Assembly (NCBI GenBank): GCA_036399775.1
Contig: DASWMJ010000053.1
Span: 94,069-158,068, forward strand
Direction of reading: 5' to 3'
From: Chloroflexia bacterium
GTDB taxonomy: Bacteria; Chloroflexota; Chloroflexia; QHBQ01; JADMIH01
Length of the DNA: 64,000 bases
In this document: piece by piece, positions 63,052 through 64,000 of the stretch
Layout of the letters: every line of letters starts with the position of its first letter
Numbering within the stretch: position 1 is the stretch's first letter
Position numbers and translations under genes: made by a program
The notes under the pieces: model-generated
Told to the model about the DNA's origin: nothing
Databases searched by the model: none
The model's input: only the letters and a program-made list of their open reading frames with translations

Positions 63052-64000
63052 GAATACCCGGCCCCACGCCACTCCCCGACGAAGTGCTTGATGCTATGTC
63101 CCGCGAGATGATAAGCCACCGGGGAGCCGAGTTTCGCGCCCTTCTAAGGGACGTGACCACCCGCTTACAACATTGCTTCCAGACGGAAAACGATGTGCTG
63201 GTTTTCCCTGCGGCAGGCACGGGCGGCCTCGAAGCGGCCATAGCAAATCTCTTCTCGCCAGGGGATACCGTCATCTCTCTTACGGTGGGTGCCTTCGGAG
63301 ACAGGTTCGCGGAGATAGCCGAGCGGTTCGGCTTGAGCGTGGTGCGTCTTCGCTCACCCTGGGGACAGGCTGCCGACCTGACACTGCTCAAAAGCGCGCT
63401 GGCAGAACTGCCCTGGGCGAAGGGCGTGCTCGTGACGCATAACGAAACGTCTACAGGCGTGCAAAACGACGTTGAGGCAGTAAGCAAAATCATCCGTGAG
63501 CACGAGGCAGGCGGTGAGTGTCCTCTGCTGCTGGTGGATGCGATCTCCTCGATGGGCGCTGTTGACATACCCGTTGACCGCTGGCGCATAGACGTGGCGA
63601 TCACCGCCTCTCAGAAGGCATGGATGGCCGCGCCCGGCCTGACCATGCTCTCTGTGAGCGCAGCAGCATGGAAGGCGGCTTCGCAGGCCAGGCTGCCCCG
63701 CTACTATTGGGACTTCGCGGAGGCCAAACGCTTCCTGTCGCGTGGCGAGACGCCCTACACGCCTGCTGTCTCTCTACTGTACGGCCTGCAAGTGTCGCTG
63801 CAACTCATAATGGACGAAGGTGTGAGGCGAGTTTTCGCCCGCCATGAGCACCTGCGCGACCGCACACGCCAGCAAGCGCGCCAGTTGGGCCTTGAGCCGT
63901 TCGCCTCCGACCCTGTAGCCTCCCGCACCGTGACGGCCTTGCACGTACCACAAGGCATGACGGCACGCGACATAACAGGCGCGATGCGCGAGCGCGGCAT
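63042..64000 (+). CDS. class V aminotransferase (phosphoserine / serine-glyoxylate aminotransferase type), 3'-truncated by the window end
   Basis: This gene is not in the ORF track because there is no stop codon in the window. I translated it by hand: MQLRIPGPTPLPDEVLDAMSREMISHRGAEF...TASQKAWMAAPGL (PLP-Lys motif SQK). The frame is open to 64000, GGAGGG lies upstream, and it overlaps the serA-serB stop by 10 nt. Confidence 0.8.
   Translation, partial: MQLRIPGPTPLPDEVLDAMSREMISHRGAEFRALLRDVTTRLQHCFQTENDVLVFPAAGTGGLEAAIANLFSPGDTVISLTVGAFGDRFAEIAERFGLSVVRLRSPWGQAADLTLLKSALAELPWAKGVLVTHNETSTGVQNDVEAVSKIIREHEAGGECPLLLVDAISSMGAVDIPVDRWRIDVAITASQKAWMAAPGLTMLSVSAAAWKAASQARLPRYYWDFAEAKRFLSRGETPYTPAVSLLYGLQVSLQLIMDEGVRRVFARHEHLRDRTRQQARQLGLEPFASDPVASRTVTALHVPQGMTARDITGAMRERG

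Overview
High-GC bacterial chromosomal segment. Hand counts of single 60-nt lines give about 67% G+C in core genes and 43-52% in two accessory patches. I call about 42 protein-coding genes and two tRNAs (Pro-CGG, Ala-CGC). I found no rRNA, CRISPR array, integrase or transposase. The gene content suggests a Chloroflexota-like organism: SLH-anchored beta-propeller surface proteins, XRE-NB-ARC-TPR STAND regulators, a kinase-WD40 protein, TPM and SBBP repeats. I cannot confirm this without a database search.

Main blocks:
- 0.3-20 kb: a large membrane protein, three secreted proteins sharing a triple-SLH C-terminal cassette, an HtrA protease, and two paralogous STAND regulators.
- 20-28 kb: a Lon-N / TPM operon, a vapBC pair and an M16 peptidase pair.
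- 28-31.5 kb: a low-GC patch with an orphan 753-aa 2-TM protein, tRNA-Pro and an apparently leaderless HNH gene.
- 31.5-48.7 kb: housekeeping and mixed genes, including LOG, PIG-L, ABC transporter, M23 peptidase, kinase-WD40, GNAT, hutU, a DUF433/DUF5615 pair and murE.
- 48.7-56.3 kb: a lower-GC patch bounded by tRNA-Ala, with a decayed copy of its 3' half inside.
- 56.3-64 kb: cyclophilins, membrane proteins, and a serA-serB fusion followed by a class V aminotransferase.

The most unusual signals are not protein genes:
1. Several families of hairpin or tandem elements are built from 7-nt-register units (CAGGGAY, CGTGAAA, GGATTTC/GAATTTC, AATTACN). They include a ~150-nt composite element present three times and a perfect 24-bp inverted repeat translated in frame inside a regulator gene.
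2. A conserved promoter plus a helically phased GTATAC box array with identical 12-10-12 spacing lies upstream of both STAND regulators.

I could not identify a known defence or secondary-metabolite system. All functional calls come from motifs read by eye and need homology searches.
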